Below, piece after piece: positions 48,456-61,984 of a stretch of 64,000 nucleotides of DNA; position 1 is the first letter of the stretch; each line of letters begins with the position of its first letter. A model generated the notes under the pieces. It was not told where the DNA came from, did no database searches, and worked only from the letters and a program-made list of their open reading frames with translations. The DNA comes from Microbotryum violaceum (Eukaryota), in assembly GCA_001244265.2 (NCBI GenBank), contig CDLV01000011.1, forward strand, positions 1-64,000, written 5' to 3'. The position numbers were made by a program, and so were the translations under genes.

Positions 48456-51400
48456 ATGTCAGACGTCACGTGGCCGCGGTCTCTGAGGCCGATCATGCCT
48501 ACACCGTTCGCACCCCCAACGACGTCGGCAGAGGATAACGACGATGATGACGACGACGACGACGATCTGAGCAGCCTGGACGAAGAGGAGGCCGAGAAGG
48601 TCGGGATGATGATCGAGGGGAGCTTGGCCGAGGTCGATACGTCGTACACATCTACCAAGGCCAAGCAAGCAGTGAGTCCTCCATCTGACCTTCGTGGATA
48701 TCGATGTCACTGACCAACACGACCGTGGCGCCCGCAGCGACGTCGAACGTTCTGCTTCTTGTTCCTCTCGATCCTCCTGGCCTGTCTCTTCACGGCCTTC
48801 GCGCTCTCGTATCTCTTTCGAGGCCGACATACCTTCCATGGTGGCCGACTCAAACCCATTTCATTCCAACACCTGATGAATGGAACCTTTTCCATCCATA
48901 CCGAAAAGTTGGATTGGCTGGCAGAAGGTGAGTGAACGCTACAACAAGGATTCGGCCATTCATCTCGGTGCGATCTGACCTTGGGTATTCGATCTTGCAG
49001 CTGGGGATGGAGTTTACAGTCATCGATCGAGTGACGGATCGCTCATTTTGGAAGACATCAATTCGGGGACATCGAGGGTGCTGGTCAAGAGTGACGCGAT
49101 CAAAGACGTGAGTAGTCCTCAAACCACTGCAGATTCGTCAGTAGGACGCTGACACTTGCAATCGACGTGCAAACAGGACTCGGGACAGCCGCTCTACTGG
49201 TCAGACTTTGCCGTTTCTGCCGATCTCAAATACATCCTCTTTGCGACGAACCAAGTCGGTCAATGGCGTCACTCTTCCCACGCCAACTTTTACGTCCATA
49301 CAGTTGAATCGGGCGAGACAGTCGCGCTTCGACCACCATCTGCAGTGCCCCACACCGCGATCGCCTCGTTCTCGCCGAAAGATCACCACATCGCATACGT
49401 GCACGCCAATGACCTCTACGTCCTCGAATCTCCGCCAAGCGTTGACGACAGTCGATCGCCTATTCGAGTCACGGTCTCGGGTAGTCCTACAACCTTCAAC
49501 GGTGTGCCCGATTGGGTGTACGAGGAAGAGATCTTTAGCTCCGACTCGGCTTCTTGGTGGTCCCCCGATGGGAGTAAGCTCGCGTTTCTCTCGTTCGACG
49601 AGGAACGGGTCCCAGAGTATTCGTTTCCAATCTACAACCCGGCAGCATGGGGTCCCGGTGGCGGAATACCTTATCCGACCGAAACGGCGATGCGGTACCC
49701 CAAACCGGGGTATGCCAATCCCCTCGTAACGATCCACGTCTTTGATCTCGCTGGTTACTTAGCGGTCCCTCAACGCCCCACACCGGTCGAGCAAGAGTCG
49801 AACCCACCGGTTGTCGATCCGAGGGTACTCCAAGTGACGTACGAACTCGTCCTCTCCAAGCCTTTCGATCCTAACGATATGCTCGTCAGCGAAGTGACTT
49901 GGGTTGGCAAGGATGACCTCATGATCAAAGTCACAGACCGGACGGCGCAGATCCAGCGTACCGCTCACTTCCGTCTCGACGAAGCGGTTACCGATCGAAG
50001 AATTGTGGGAAAGGTGGTGCGCGAGGAGGATTTCGGCAAGATTGACGGAGGATGGATAGAACCTACCCAAACGATCGTTGGGATCGACTCGACGATCCTC
50101 CTTCATTCTGAACAGAATGACGCGTTCGCTGATGCCAGTCGTCCTAAACCCTCTTTCCCGTCGGGCTATCTCGACGTTGTCGCCGACTCGGAGGGGTTCC
50201 GTCACGTCGCCTACTTCTCCCCACCCGACACCGCGACACCTGTCTTCCTCACCCGAGGAAAGTGGGAAGTTGTCGAGTCGTTATCAGCGATCGATCTCTC
50301 GAGGGGGCTCGTTTACTTCATCGCTGCGAACCCCTCGATCGAGCGCCATCTCTATTCCATCCCTTTGCCAAAGACGACTGCCGAACTGAACGCCCTCAGT
50401 CAAGTGGGTGCTGAGCTTGTGGCACCGACGCCGTTGACGGACGTTACCAAGATGGGACACCATACGGTCAGCTTTTCTCCCTTCGCCGGATTCTACGTCG
50501 TTAACTACCGGGGACCGGAGATGCCATGGCAAAAGTTGTACAAGGTTGATGATCACAGTGAGTATGACCCCTCTCAATTCTGGAGTTGATTCAGCGAGCT
50601 GATCGAGGACAGCCCCCCAACTCTCGTTCAGGCTTCACCAAGGTTTTGACCGACAACGCTGCCCTGGCCAAGATAGATGCGGCATTCCAGCACGTTGAAG
50701 TCAGCTACTCGACCCTCGAGCTTGAAGGCGGCTACAGCGTGAATATCCAGGAGCTCCGACCTCCTTTGATCGATACCTCAGGCCGAAAGAAATACCCCCT
50801 CCTCGTCGAAGTCTACGGTGGACCCAACTCGCAAAAGGTATCAACGGCGTTCGAGAGGGATTGGCATCACTTCCTCGTCACTTCGATGGGCTACATCGTC
50901 GTACGTATCGACCCGCGCGGCACAGGTTTCAAAGGACGACATTTCCGCGTCGGGATTCGCAACCAAATTGGTTCTCTCGAAGCCTCGGACATCGTCGAAG
51001 CGACTCACCAACTCGTCTCTTCGCGCTCTTACATCGATTCGAAACGTCTTGGTATTTGGGGATGGTCTTACGGCGGTTATCTGACGGCCAAGGTTGTCGA
51101 AACCAATTCGTCACTTTTCACGTTGGCCATGTCCGTTGCGCCGGTTACGGATTGGAGGTATTACGATTCAGTCTATACGGAGCGATACATGTCGACGCCT
51201 GAATTGAATGGGCCCGGATACGACAAAGCGGCCGTAGCGAAAATGGAGGGGTTCAGAAACCTTGACTATCTGTTGGCGCATGGCTCGGGAGATGACAATG
51301 GTAAATCCACGACAAGCGTACATATATTTTTTTCGGAAGAGGCCCACTGATCATAAGTTTGATGCTACGCAGTCCACTTCCTCAACTCGGCCGCTTTACT

Positions 51401-51745
51401 CGACAAGTTGACGTTTGCTTCAGTTCGGTATGTCGTCATTGAGGCTCCTCTTAACGTACAAACGAGCATCGTGCTGACGCCATCTTCTTCCTGGACCTTA
51501 CTCAGCACCTTCCGATTCCGCATGTTCACCGATTCGGATCACTCGATAGGGGTGCGTTTCCTTCATCTGGTTTAAACAGACCCCTCAAAAATCTGACACG
51601 AATCTCCACTTCCTTACCACAGATGAGAAATGCCTACCCAGAACTCCTACAATGGATGACGACCTTCTTGATTGAAAAATGGGGCGAAGGCGGAAGGTCG
51701 AAACAGAAATGGAGGACGCACACGAAAGAGCATTTCATAGACTAG
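48456..51745 (+). CDS. Dipeptidyl aminopeptidase, S9B family (Dap2/Ste13-like)
   Basis: N-terminal TM anchor, FNGVPDWVYEEE, YPKPG, VYGGPNSQ, GIWGWSYGG (catalytic Ser), HGSGDDNVH (Asp) and FTDSDH (His). Confidence 0.93.
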
Positions 51746-51906
51746 TCGCTCGGATGTACGTTGGGTTCAATTTTGTGTATGTAATTGACAAATGTACTAC
51801 TTCCCGGCAGTCAACTTTGTGCGATTTTCGCGACGTCTAACCCTACCAGTCCGGGTCAACGGAATTCTTTCGAATCGAAAAAAGGTCTCTGTGGTTCTGA
51901 AAGTCC

Positions 51907-53368
51907 TCAGTATGAACTTGGCATCCTGTTCAACATCCCCCCATCGAGCATCACGACGGAACCGGAGAGGTAACGCTGTCGTTTACTAGCGAAGTCTGCG
52001 CCGTCATCCGTGCTTAGGGGGATCAGTTTCCAACTCCGACCTTCTCCACTTTCCCGCTCTCCCTTGAGCCGACTCGAAGAAGCGACCAAAAAGCGACTCA
52101 CAAAGAACAGTGCTAGCAATATCATCGGGGGTCCCGAATTGCATCGTCCGGGCAGCATTTGGTTTCAACCAATTAATTGGCCGTTCCGAACCGTTAACAT
52201 TCTCCGAATTTTGCAGTACGTTGCTACGTCGCTGATCCAAGAGGGCTTCGGTCATTTCTTCAAAACGAGGAATGCAAGAACGATTGAACATGAAATGGTC
52301 GACAACTCATTCTCTTTAATCCCATAAAACTTTCTCTTACCTGAAGGGAATAGACCAGGAGCGATTTCGTTACACCTTACGTTCGTGTCTTTGAGAATCG
52401 TAGCAAGTAGCTTGGTGAGGTGTGTAGTCGCTGCTTTGCTCATCGCGTCTGAACCCAACGAAAAAATAAGGAAGAGATTACTGAATAAATAGATGATGTC
52501 TCCGGGGGATCAAGCGAAGGTAGACCTACAGAGCACTCCTGCGACAGGTTCTCGACCGAAACTGAGATTACCTGATTGATGGTATTCGAGTTGAACTGGA
52601 GAGTAAGAGTGTGATCGGCTCCATCTGCCACTAAACGGCGAGGAGCCACTGATGCTTCACGCACTCGTGATGTTGATGATTTGACCGCCATTCGGACTAC
52701 GGTTCAGCATGGGAAGAAATGCAGCGGACATATAGTAGTACCTTTTCGAGCAAGTAGAAGATAATGAGCGCCTCAAAAGAAAAATTTCCACTTTTTGTGG
52801 AAGAATCAATTGCTCATCTACTGCAAAGTGACTAACCCCAAGCTGTTGATCTTGAACAGCTTGATCACCTCTTCCATATCGCAGGCGAACATGGCGTTTC
52901 CAATTGCTTCCGCTGTCAACAAATGGGGTGACTGCGTCAGCTCAACCCCTAACGCTTACTCGCTTCTCGGCTGGATGTGCAGCAAGAGCGATTTCACTCA
53001 CCACCTTCCTGATCAATGATCGTACATCGAGGACCCGACACCCCAGCATTATTAATCAGCAAATCCAACCACTTCTCCCTCCCTTCCATCTCTTTCATGA
53101 TCCGCACAATAGTCTCCTTTTCACTCGTGTCACCCACAATCGGAACCATCGCCCCACCCCCACGTTCACTTGTCGCCCGCAGCTTCCGAAATCCTTCGAC
53201 AGCAGCTTCGAGTACTTCTCTCCGTCTTCCAACGATGTAAACCTTGGCTCCATTCTCTGCCAAAGCTCGAGCGCACATCAAGCCGATCCCTGTTCCGCCA
53301 CCAGTGATGAGCGCGACGAGCCCCTTTACGCAGAAGAGCTCCGGGATAGCGAAGGTGGGCATCGTCAT
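51907..53368 (-). CDS. Short-chain dehydrogenase/reductase
   Basis: ALITGGGTGIG, LLINNAG, YAMSK (YxxxK across a splice junction), VRCNEIAPGLFPS and SGSVVMLDGG. Confidence 0.88.
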
Positions 53369-54266
53369 TGGTCGAGCTTGGGTGGGGCAAAGGATTGTGA
53401 TAGGTGGTGGTGAGTGTTGTTGAAAGAGGAGGAAAGAGGAGGAAAGAGGAGGGAAGGGGAGGGAAAGAGGACGAGAGGGTCAAGGGCATGATTGAAAGAT
53501 GTTCGTTATCGACAGCTCGGTATGTGCCCGCTGCCGCTTCGCCAGACGACTCTGCCTCGGCCGAGTTACGTAGCACGAGCTAATAGGGGGGACAGGAGGT
53601 CTTTGCCTCGTGTCGTGTCTTCAAGGTGAGAGTTTCATGCTTGAGATACTAGATCATTCTGATTTTATTCCATGCGCTACCCCTATCTCAGCTGATCTAT
53701 TGTGGTGTCGTGAAAAGCAGCGATCCGATTCATTTCAACACTTTGGCAGTAACCTAATTTTTTGGCGCCGGCTCTGAGGAACCCGCTACACTACAAAGGC
53801 TCTTTCAAATTGGTGGCTATTGTGCCTGCCGAATGGAGCGCGGTTTGGTCTTGTATGGTGCTCACCTCCGCCCATTGGCAGACCAGTCGAATCGCGCCTC
53901 TGTCTTGAACGAGTCGTCGCACAGGGACTTGGAAGGGCCACTCTCGTCTGGGCACTCGAGCCCAATGGCACGGCTGATGCAGTCTCTTGCTACTCCCGCA
54001 ATCACGCTGAGTTTAAAGAGAAACATACTGTGTATCGATTGCAATTAAAACAAAAGAGAAGCAAAAGCCCAACGCAAACGGTGGTGACTTTAGAGCGAGG
54101 GAAGTAGTCGCTCAATCTCCGAGATGATAGCCTCGTGTGACATCGTCCCGGACGGACCCCACAACTCCCCCAGTTGGTCTTCTTCCATAGCCACCTCGAG
54201 ACCGATAAATCGATTGTCGAGTCCACAATTTCTGCGCAAGATATCGACTAGTTGCTTGATGTTGGT

Positions 54267-55545
54267 TCATCGTTGTGCGCAGCCCTTCAACAGCCTGTGA
54301 TACCGGGTGTTTAGGCGAAGCATCTCTTTGAGGTCATAGACTAGGTCCGCTTCTTGCCGATTCCAGTAGCCCCAGAAAGTCTCACCATCTGGTGTCATCA
54401 CGAGCACTTGATAGTCGCCCATGTACGGCTCGCGGAACGAGATTTCCATCACGAGGTAGAAAAGCGACTCAATATCGTGCCATCGTTCGTGGTCGACACG
54501 GAGCGGCTGTTGCGGCTCGGCGAGGATCGAGCAGGGGAGGTAGGGCCAGGCGCCCTATAACACGTCGTATAGTCCAAATGGCTAGCGCTGATCAGAAATA
54601 TCATTCGGAGAAACATACACAGGGGAGGACGCACGGACCGTATTCTGCGGTACAGCTCGGTGCAAGGCCGATCATGTGGGACGGCGAGATGATAGTCGAG
54701 GAGAGCGCCGACGCCGTCACGGTCGATGACAACGCTATCGTACGAGATATCACCGTGGATATACCCCAGCTTGTAGAGGTTTCGGAGTCCTGTAGTGTCA
54801 TGGGGATGGGCGTGTCCCTCAGGGAGCGCAAACGCAAGGCCGCCCAGTCAATCCCTGTGCTCACCTTTGACGACTCCAAGTACGGCCTGGGCGAGTTTCT
54901 TGGTCGTCCTTGTCGTGCTGAGGGGCCAATAAGACTGTCGAATGAAGACCACCTCGAGTGCCCGGGGTTCGATGCCGTCAAAGTTTTCATCGACGCCGAG
55001 GAAGGTCGGAAGCGTGCGCAAGTCGCCCCGGTAGATGCCGGCGCTAAGGCTTAGTCCCTCGGTGTCGGCACGCGACGCGGCGTGCATCTTGCGATGTAGT
55101 GCGATGCCATCGTCAAGGAGAGAGTGCTCCGCCCATGCGAACGTTATAGCGTACTCGACGGCAGGGGTAGGCGAGGTCGACGTGATCGGAGTGATTGCCG
55201 TGGGGTCGACTGGCGCGTGTCGTGCAATGGCATAACACGCGGAGGTGGTGAGACGACGGCAGATTCGGCGTCGGGTGAGGAACTCCTGGATCTCGAGATC
55301 TCGAAGGTCGCCGAGCTCGGACTCGAAGTCGTGGGCACGGGGTGGGAGAAGCTTGTCCGAGACGACAAAAGTTCCGAGAACATCGTCGACCTCGTTCAGC
55401 GAGGCCAGCATCCCGAGCTCGTCGTCGTCGTCGTCTCGTCGTCGAGTTCGATGAGGCGCGACAGCACGCGCCGGAGCAGCACGGCTTCCTCACCGCACTT
55501 GCGCGCGTTCGTCGTGAACACCCCACTCGCGTTGACGAGGTAGTG
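54267..55545 (-). pseudogene. Third FunK1-type kinase pseudogene, 5' part replaced by Copia sequence
   Basis: YLVNASGVFTT..LSRLIELDD..GMLAS, SYWPLSTTRTTKKLAQAVLGVVKG, LYKLGYIHGDIS..ALLDYHLA and HERWHDIESLFYL. Frameshifting (acg)n expansion near 55430. Confidence 0.8.
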
Positions 55546-55569
55546 TGGTACTCGGGATCCCGTCCGAAT

Positions 55570-55763
55570 TGTCAGGTCAAACTGTCAAGAGTTCAGGAGT
55601 TGTTACGCACGCCGGGGCGGCGACGAGTCCCTGAACCTCCAGTGCCCTCTATAAAGTCACACTCACACAGCACCGCGAGACAAGGCTGGAGACGCTAACG
55701 ACAAATCCACATTTCATTCATTTCATTCAAGAGCCAGCCGCGCGACTGCCGCGCGTCCCGACA
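55570..55763. mobile_element. Solo-LTR-like insertion (194 bp)
   Basis: tgtcagg...cccgaca inverted termini (TG..CA) and an internal tataaa. Nested in Copia linker sequence. Confidence 0.65.
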
Positions 55764-56760
55764 ATTCACGATCCTTGTTGGCGGCCTCTTCTCCGAAGTC
55801 ATCGACGCGAGGAGGCTGTTGACGCTATCGACAGTGGCGACGATGACGACCCTGCGGAGCGTGATCCACGACTACCTCCTGACGATGGTCACGAGTACCG
55901 GCCTTATCGTGTCGGTCGCAATCCGGGTCTGCTCGAAAACATTAACGAGGGCAACATTCTACCGGTTCGCACGCGTGCTCAGCGTCACGTCGCCGCCCTC
56001 AGTACTCAGTATTGTGTCCACGCGCAAGGTCCTTCGAACCAGAGCTCATCGAGACGGTCTCCACCCGTCACCCACTGTTTCCCAAGACCTTCAAGGATGC
56101 GATGGCTTCGCCCGAGGCCGAGGCCGAGTCCTGGTACGCTGCGTCCGTCAAGGAACTCAACTCCATGGGCTTGCACAAGGTCTTCAAGCTTTCGAGGCTA
56201 CCCACCGGGGCTCGGGGCTCGTGCCCTGGGCTATCGTTGGGTGTTTACTCGGAAGGAAGATGCCGAAGGCAATACCATCAGCCTCAAGGCTCGTCTAGTC
56301 GTCCAAGGCTTTGCTCAACGGCTGGGGATCGACTATAACGAGACGTTTGCTCCTGTCTCGTCGATCACGACGATCTTGTTGCTCATCGCACTTTCTGCCG
56401 CTCACGGACTGACTCTCGAACAGTTCGACTATGATTCTGCGTTTCTCAACGGGATCTTGGAGGACGATGTCTACATGAAGGTTTCTGACGGATGGCCAGG
56501 AGGTTCTCGACCCGGCCAAGCCCTCAAGCTCCTCAAATCCATGTACGGCACCAAGCAAGCTCCTCGGCAATGGAATGCGGCTCTCCACAAGCTGATGACG
56601 GATCGCGGCTACACGCGCTCCAACGTCGATGCTTGTCTCTAATTCAAGTATCACGGCAAGTTGTTTGCGAATATCACTTTTTACGTTGATGACAAGCTTG
56701 CTGCATCGAACAACTAGGCTTTTCTGGATTCCGAGATTTCGGCGTTCGATGCGGTTTACT
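55764..56760 (+). mobile_element. Ty1/Copia retrotransposon fragment (linker + RT), degenerate
   Basis: PKTFKDAM, RWVFTRK..KARLVVQGFAQRLGIDYNETFAPV, QFDYDSAFLNG, LLKSMYGTKQAPRQWN and FYVDD. Internal stops; truncated before RNase H. Confidence 0.93.
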
Positions 56761-57988
56761 GGCGACCAGATGGAGGAGGTCGGCCATCTGCTCGCCGAAT
56801 ACCGACATGTCAAGGAGATAAACCCTGTATATGTCGACCCGCGACTCCAAGGGCTGGGTCTATCTTGCCCGGTTCCCTGGCACGCTTGTAGAGTGGAACA
56901 CCACCGTCACACCCCCGGATGGCTTCCCGTCTTAAAGTTCCACATTCGTAGCAGGTTTGAACTTTACGACGGGAAGCTGCCGAAAAAGCCTCCGAGTATG
57001 GCCTTGGTGCAGGCGACGTTGATGTGTGATATGGCTGAGGCGTAATGGTTGAACGGTGTACTAATAGTCCTATCGTGCGAGGGTGCAGGCACAGACGCTA
57101 CCAAATTGAATGATTGACTGATCCGATGCAGAGCCCAACGTCTGAGTCAATCATTAGACACAATGAGACATGAATACGCCCGTACACACCTGATCCGATG
57201 CAGAGCCAAACGTGAGGAAAAGACTCAGTTTGGCACGCGCCGGATCAGGCCTATCAAACTCTATTCTGGCACTCTGGCACTCTGGCACTCTTTGGCACTC
57301 GCGCGTACGCCGCACAGACCTCCTTGACAGCTCCGAGTCGCCGCTCCTTCCAACTGCAACGATGCTTTCGCTCTACTCGATCGGCCAAGGAGCCGAAAAT
57401 AATATCTTCGGTTCAGCTTAGGTAGATCGTCACCTAGCAAATCCCACACCGCGTGGAGTTTGCGTCACAGAGGGGTCCGACGTCCGGTCGATTGGGCCGC
57501 TCTCGATCAAACGGAGAATGAGAAATATTGAAAGTCGCGTAGAATAAGGTTGCTCGACCCGACCCGCAGTCATCATTTATCTTTTTAAAAGGTCTTCCAC
57601 TGATGGCTAGCTACGAGTGTGATTGTAGCATTTCTGAGAATTCGGAACTCCCACGGTGTCGCTGCCGCTTCCGCTTCCGCTTCCGGTTGATGCGACACCC
57701 GGACCGGACAAAGCGAGACCGAGCGCAATCGGGACTCGGCGTCGAGAAAGCCATCAAGTTGGCACTTAGCAGTCAGTCCCCAACTCGGACCAGCACACCT
57801 TTTACGCCCTCTCTTTCGCACGCATCATCGACATAAGCTTCCCAACACATCACCAGTGCAGTGCAATCCCTCAAGTACATCATCCCGTGTTCGTCTGCCA
57901 CCCACTCCACCTATTGCAGTGAAACGACTCGCCTCGCGCCTCCTATAGCCACTGCATCTGTTCATCCTCACGCGCCGAAATCGCAACG

Positions 57989-59218
57989 ATGCAGATCAAG
58001 GGCAACATTTTTTTTGTGGCGAGTCTCACTTCCTTTTGACACATGCAGCGCATCTCATAAAGGCTGACGAAGCCGACATGACCATCCCCGCTTTCTTCAA
58101 TTGGTCTTGCACATGGGCATGGGCTCGCCGCTTTCACGTTCGCGATCAGACCGGTGGTGGATCAGGTCTGGGAATGGCAACAGCGAAAGAGCTCGCATCA
58201 AAAGGAGCTCTAGTCGGTATCATGGACTACAATGAAGACTCGGGCACAGCTCTGGCGAAGGAGCTCGGCGCCGACCGTACTTTCTTCGCTCTCGTCGACA
58301 TCAGGGAGGAGAACCAAGTCTCATCCGCGATTGAGAAAACGTGCGAGTATTGGAAAGGGAAGAAAGTTGGTGGGGTCGTGCATTGCGGTGGTGTGGGGAT
58401 GGCCGGCAAGGTGCGTTTCGGAACGATCTGAGTCGGCTCGGCGAGTGAGGAGTCCGGAAATTTGAGTCCGGGAACGCAGAAGCTGACTTCCTAGGCGAAT
58501 CGCTCCACTATGACTCAACAGACGATCCAAGGGGACGGTTCTCCTTTCCCTCTCGACATCTTCCAAGACGTCATTGCCATCAACCTCACGGGCTCCTTCA
58601 TCGTCGCCCGCTTGGTCGCCGCCAAGATCGCATCGATGCACCCGCCCCCACCACCGGCCAAATCCGACAGCCCTTTGACCGAGGATCGCGGAGTCATCAT
58701 TATGACCAGTAGCGTCTCTGCTACGGAAGGTCAGATGGGACAGGTCGCCTATGCGAGCTCCAAGGCGGGTATGGAAGGGTTAGTGTTACCGATGGCTCGA
58801 GATTTGGCTCGATACGGTAAGTCGAGGACTTCGAAACAACTTTCTTCCAGTTTTCTGTCGTCCAAATGTCAAAGGCGAGATCTCCCCGCCCTGACAGTAT
58901 TCTGCTCTATATCAGGTATCCGAGTCGTCTGCATCGCCCCTTCACTCTTCGCCACCGCGATGGGAGCCGGCACGTCCGAAAAAGTCAAGAAAGGTCTGCT
59001 CTCGTCGACCTTGTTCCCGCCTCGTTTTGGCGAGTCGCACGAGTACGCCCACCTTGCCGTCGCCATTATTGGGAATCAAATGCTCAATGGATCTAGTAGG
59101 TCCCCCCTGAGGCTGGCTGGTATACATTCGCTTCGGGCAATGCTGATACTGTGTTCCCTTTGCATGACCCTTCGCAGCGATCCGTCTCGATGGTGGTTCG
59201 AGAATGTCCAAATTTTAA
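57989..59218 (+). CDS. 3-hydroxyacyl-CoA dehydrogenase type-2 (HSD17B10-like) SDR
   Basis: MQIKGNIFFV/TGGGSGLG, INLTGSF, RGVIIMTSSVSATEGQMGQVAYASSK..LPMARDLARYGIRV, IRLDGGSRM. First intron is predicted GC-AG. Confidence 0.88.
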
Positions 59219-59287
59219 GCCCTGCTCGCTCGTGTAGCTTTCCTTCATGGCAATACGTATTCTCAATTTCCATGTCTCAATCTCCCT

Positions 59288-61984
59288 CTATTGAACCTCA
59301 ACATAAGGCGCGGGGAAGACGCCTTCCTGTCCCGTACGCTCATTCACTCCCTGCCACCACTCCTCGCTAATTTTATCAATGCGTACGATCGTCTCCCCTT
59401 CCTTGAACGACAACTCCCCTTCTTCCGCTTCTTCATAGTCGTACAACGCGATCGCAATCAAACCAATATCTTCCATCTGTGCCTCCGGCTCCCGCTCTGG
59501 CCCAGGCTCCAATTCCGCCAAGTGCTCAAGCTGTACCTCTCCTTCCACTTGATCCCCACCCCCACCCTCCTCAATCAACTCGACATAATTAGAAGGGAAC
59601 AACCCTTCCTTCCCTTCCACATCCGTAGCCTGCCACCATCCCTCATCGACCATCTCGACCCCATAAATGATCGTTCCTTCAACCAAACTCAATTCATTCT
59701 CTTCTTCGGCTGCGTAGTCAAACAAGACGCGGGCTTGAGGACCTGAAGGGTGGAGGGAGAGAACCTTCATTTCAGGAGCTGGTGGAGCTGGAGGCGCCGG
59801 TGGAGCTGGCGGTGCAGGGGTTGGTAGCGGTGCGGCGGAAGTCATCTGGGGAGGTGGAGGAGCTTGAGGTGCGATGGGTGGTGGGGGAGGCGCTTGTGGC
59901 GCGACTGCTGGTGGAGGTGGAGGTGCGACAGGGGCCATGGGAGGGGGAGGGGGAGGGGGAGCGTTCGGTGCAGTAGGAGGCGTGGCTCGTACAGGCACAA
60001 TCTTATCCTCCTCGTCGGAATCACCTCGCTTCAGGCTCGGAGTCGCAAAGTCATCATCATCGTCATCGAAGGCTTGTTGAATAGGTCGTGCAGGTGCAAC
60101 GGGGGCGAGGGGTGCGCGAGGTGGTGCAGGTGGTGCCGAAGGAGCAGCAGGAGCAGGAGGGGCGGCAGGTACGGACGCCGCACCGAAGCCACCTTGCCTA
60201 AATGCAGACGAAGGCGTCGCGCCCCCCACAGCGCCGAGTGATCTCTGGCCCGCCGCGGCCGAAGCTTCGTCCTCTTCCTCCCTCTGTTTCTTCGCCAATG
60301 CTTGCCTCTCACTCCACGTCAAAGGTTTCTGGGCAGCTCCAGCCCCGGGGGTGAGCGGCGAAGCGCCGTACGAGGCTGGTGAGGGAGACGAGCTTGTGGC
60401 GTTCGCACCCCACCTGTTGGCGAGCTTGCCGGGCTTGGGGAGCGAGACGGGGGTGTAGGCCGTGCCGACCGCTTCGGGGCGTTCATACGTGACTCCACCC
60501 GGTGCCCTCTCCGGAGCTCGGGCGACAGGCGCCGGAGTTGATTTAGGTGGAACAGGAGCAGGCGGGGCGGGGGTAGGTGCAGGAGCAAAAGCCTGCTTTC
60601 GAAAAACGCAACGAGTAAGCTTCACCCCCCATTTCGAGATCATGCGAGGGCGCAGCGTCACTGACCGGTACTCGAACTACAGGAGCAACAACTCGCGGTG
60701 CGAACGCGTCCGACGATGGCTCGTCACGAGGGAGGGATGGCTTGGGAGCGCTCGCTGCAGCAGCCTGTTTGGCTCGGATCTCGGCCAGTTCGTTCGCCTT
60801 GCTCTGATACGTCGTACCAACGGGAGTAGGTGGGGGTGCCGGCTTGGAGTGGCTAATCTCGGGTCGGCCGATGGGGACATAGCTCGATGACTGTGCATTC
60901 ATGGGTACTATCAGCCATCGATTGGTAGCATCGACGGTCCGCTCGCAGATGCTTCACTCACGACCGGCTTGGGCGCGACGTATCGCTGCGCAGGCTCGTT
61001 GTGGATCGAGTACTTTGCACCCGATGAGTCGGCAACCTTGCGACGGATGAGAGCCGGGCTAACGTCGGCATCGTGACGGGCATGGATACTGATATGGGCT
61101 CCCTTTAGGAATCCAGCAACGGCGAGCGAATGGGCGGGGAAGGAGGCCTTGCGCGATTCAGGCGATCCTTCGCCAAGCTGGAAATGCGCAGAGTAACGGA
61201 TGTTTATTGTCAGCTGGTGTGACACTCGTTCGGATAAATTTGCTACTCACCCAGTTGATCAAGACGAATTTGGGCAAGCCCGATCCTGAATCCTTGACAC
61301 GAACAAAGGCCCACATGGCCTTGCCGTCCAAGAACTCATCCTCGAGTTCCTCGAGTCCTCCGGAGCCTGAGGGACGATGTATGCGTTCAATATCAACTAG
61401 TCGTGCTGGGAAGATGTGTGTACAAGGCTGAGGATGACTGACCCGAGGTAACCAGCTTGAACTCGTTGACGGACGGGGTGGGGTGTGCGAGCGTGTAGAG
61501 TGCATAGTCGGTATCACCTGCGCGTTCAAGACAAGTTCAGCACCTACGACGGACTTGGGTAGCTTCGAGTATGCAGTGTATGATTGCGGTCGCGCGATGG
61601 TGCCGCACGTGGGCACTGATCAGACGCCGAGGCAGTGCTGCTGAACGTTGAAGCGTCATCGCGGTCCGTGTGGCGTCCAAGTGGCGTCCATCGATGAAGG
61701 GTGTTGGTGACGCTACACGTTGAGAGCGCATTTAAAGGGCAGTCGTACGACGTCGCTCGAGCGTCGACGGCGAGGCAGTCCGTTGGTCGTACCGCTGGGG
61801 CGCCGGACGGGCCGAGACGTGGGGCTGACGGTGACGTGGTCGGTTGGGACAAACGCCTCGGAGCGCGGGGAAGACATCGGCGGGCAGCTACGGAGGAGAG
61901 GGGATGGATGTACTGACCTCCGGCGATGATTTCGTGGTAGGGTTCCTTGAGACCGGATTGACCGAACGAGAGGTGACCAGCCAT
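59288..61984 (-). CDS. ABP1: Actin-binding protein Abp1/drebrin-like (ADF-H, Pro-rich, two SH3)
   Basis: [47 protein letters not shown], and two SH3 domains ([53 protein letters not shown]). Confidence 0.9.

Noticed and set aside
53786-54044. Cys-containing short ORF as a small secreted effector
   Set aside because: No convincing signal peptide or consistent exon structure; lies in the decayed flank of a FunK1 pseudogene.
57352-57421. Short ORF MLSLYSIGQGAENNIFGSA as a pheromone precursor, given the nearby Ste13-like peptidase
   Set aside because: No C-terminal CAAX and no repeated peptide units.
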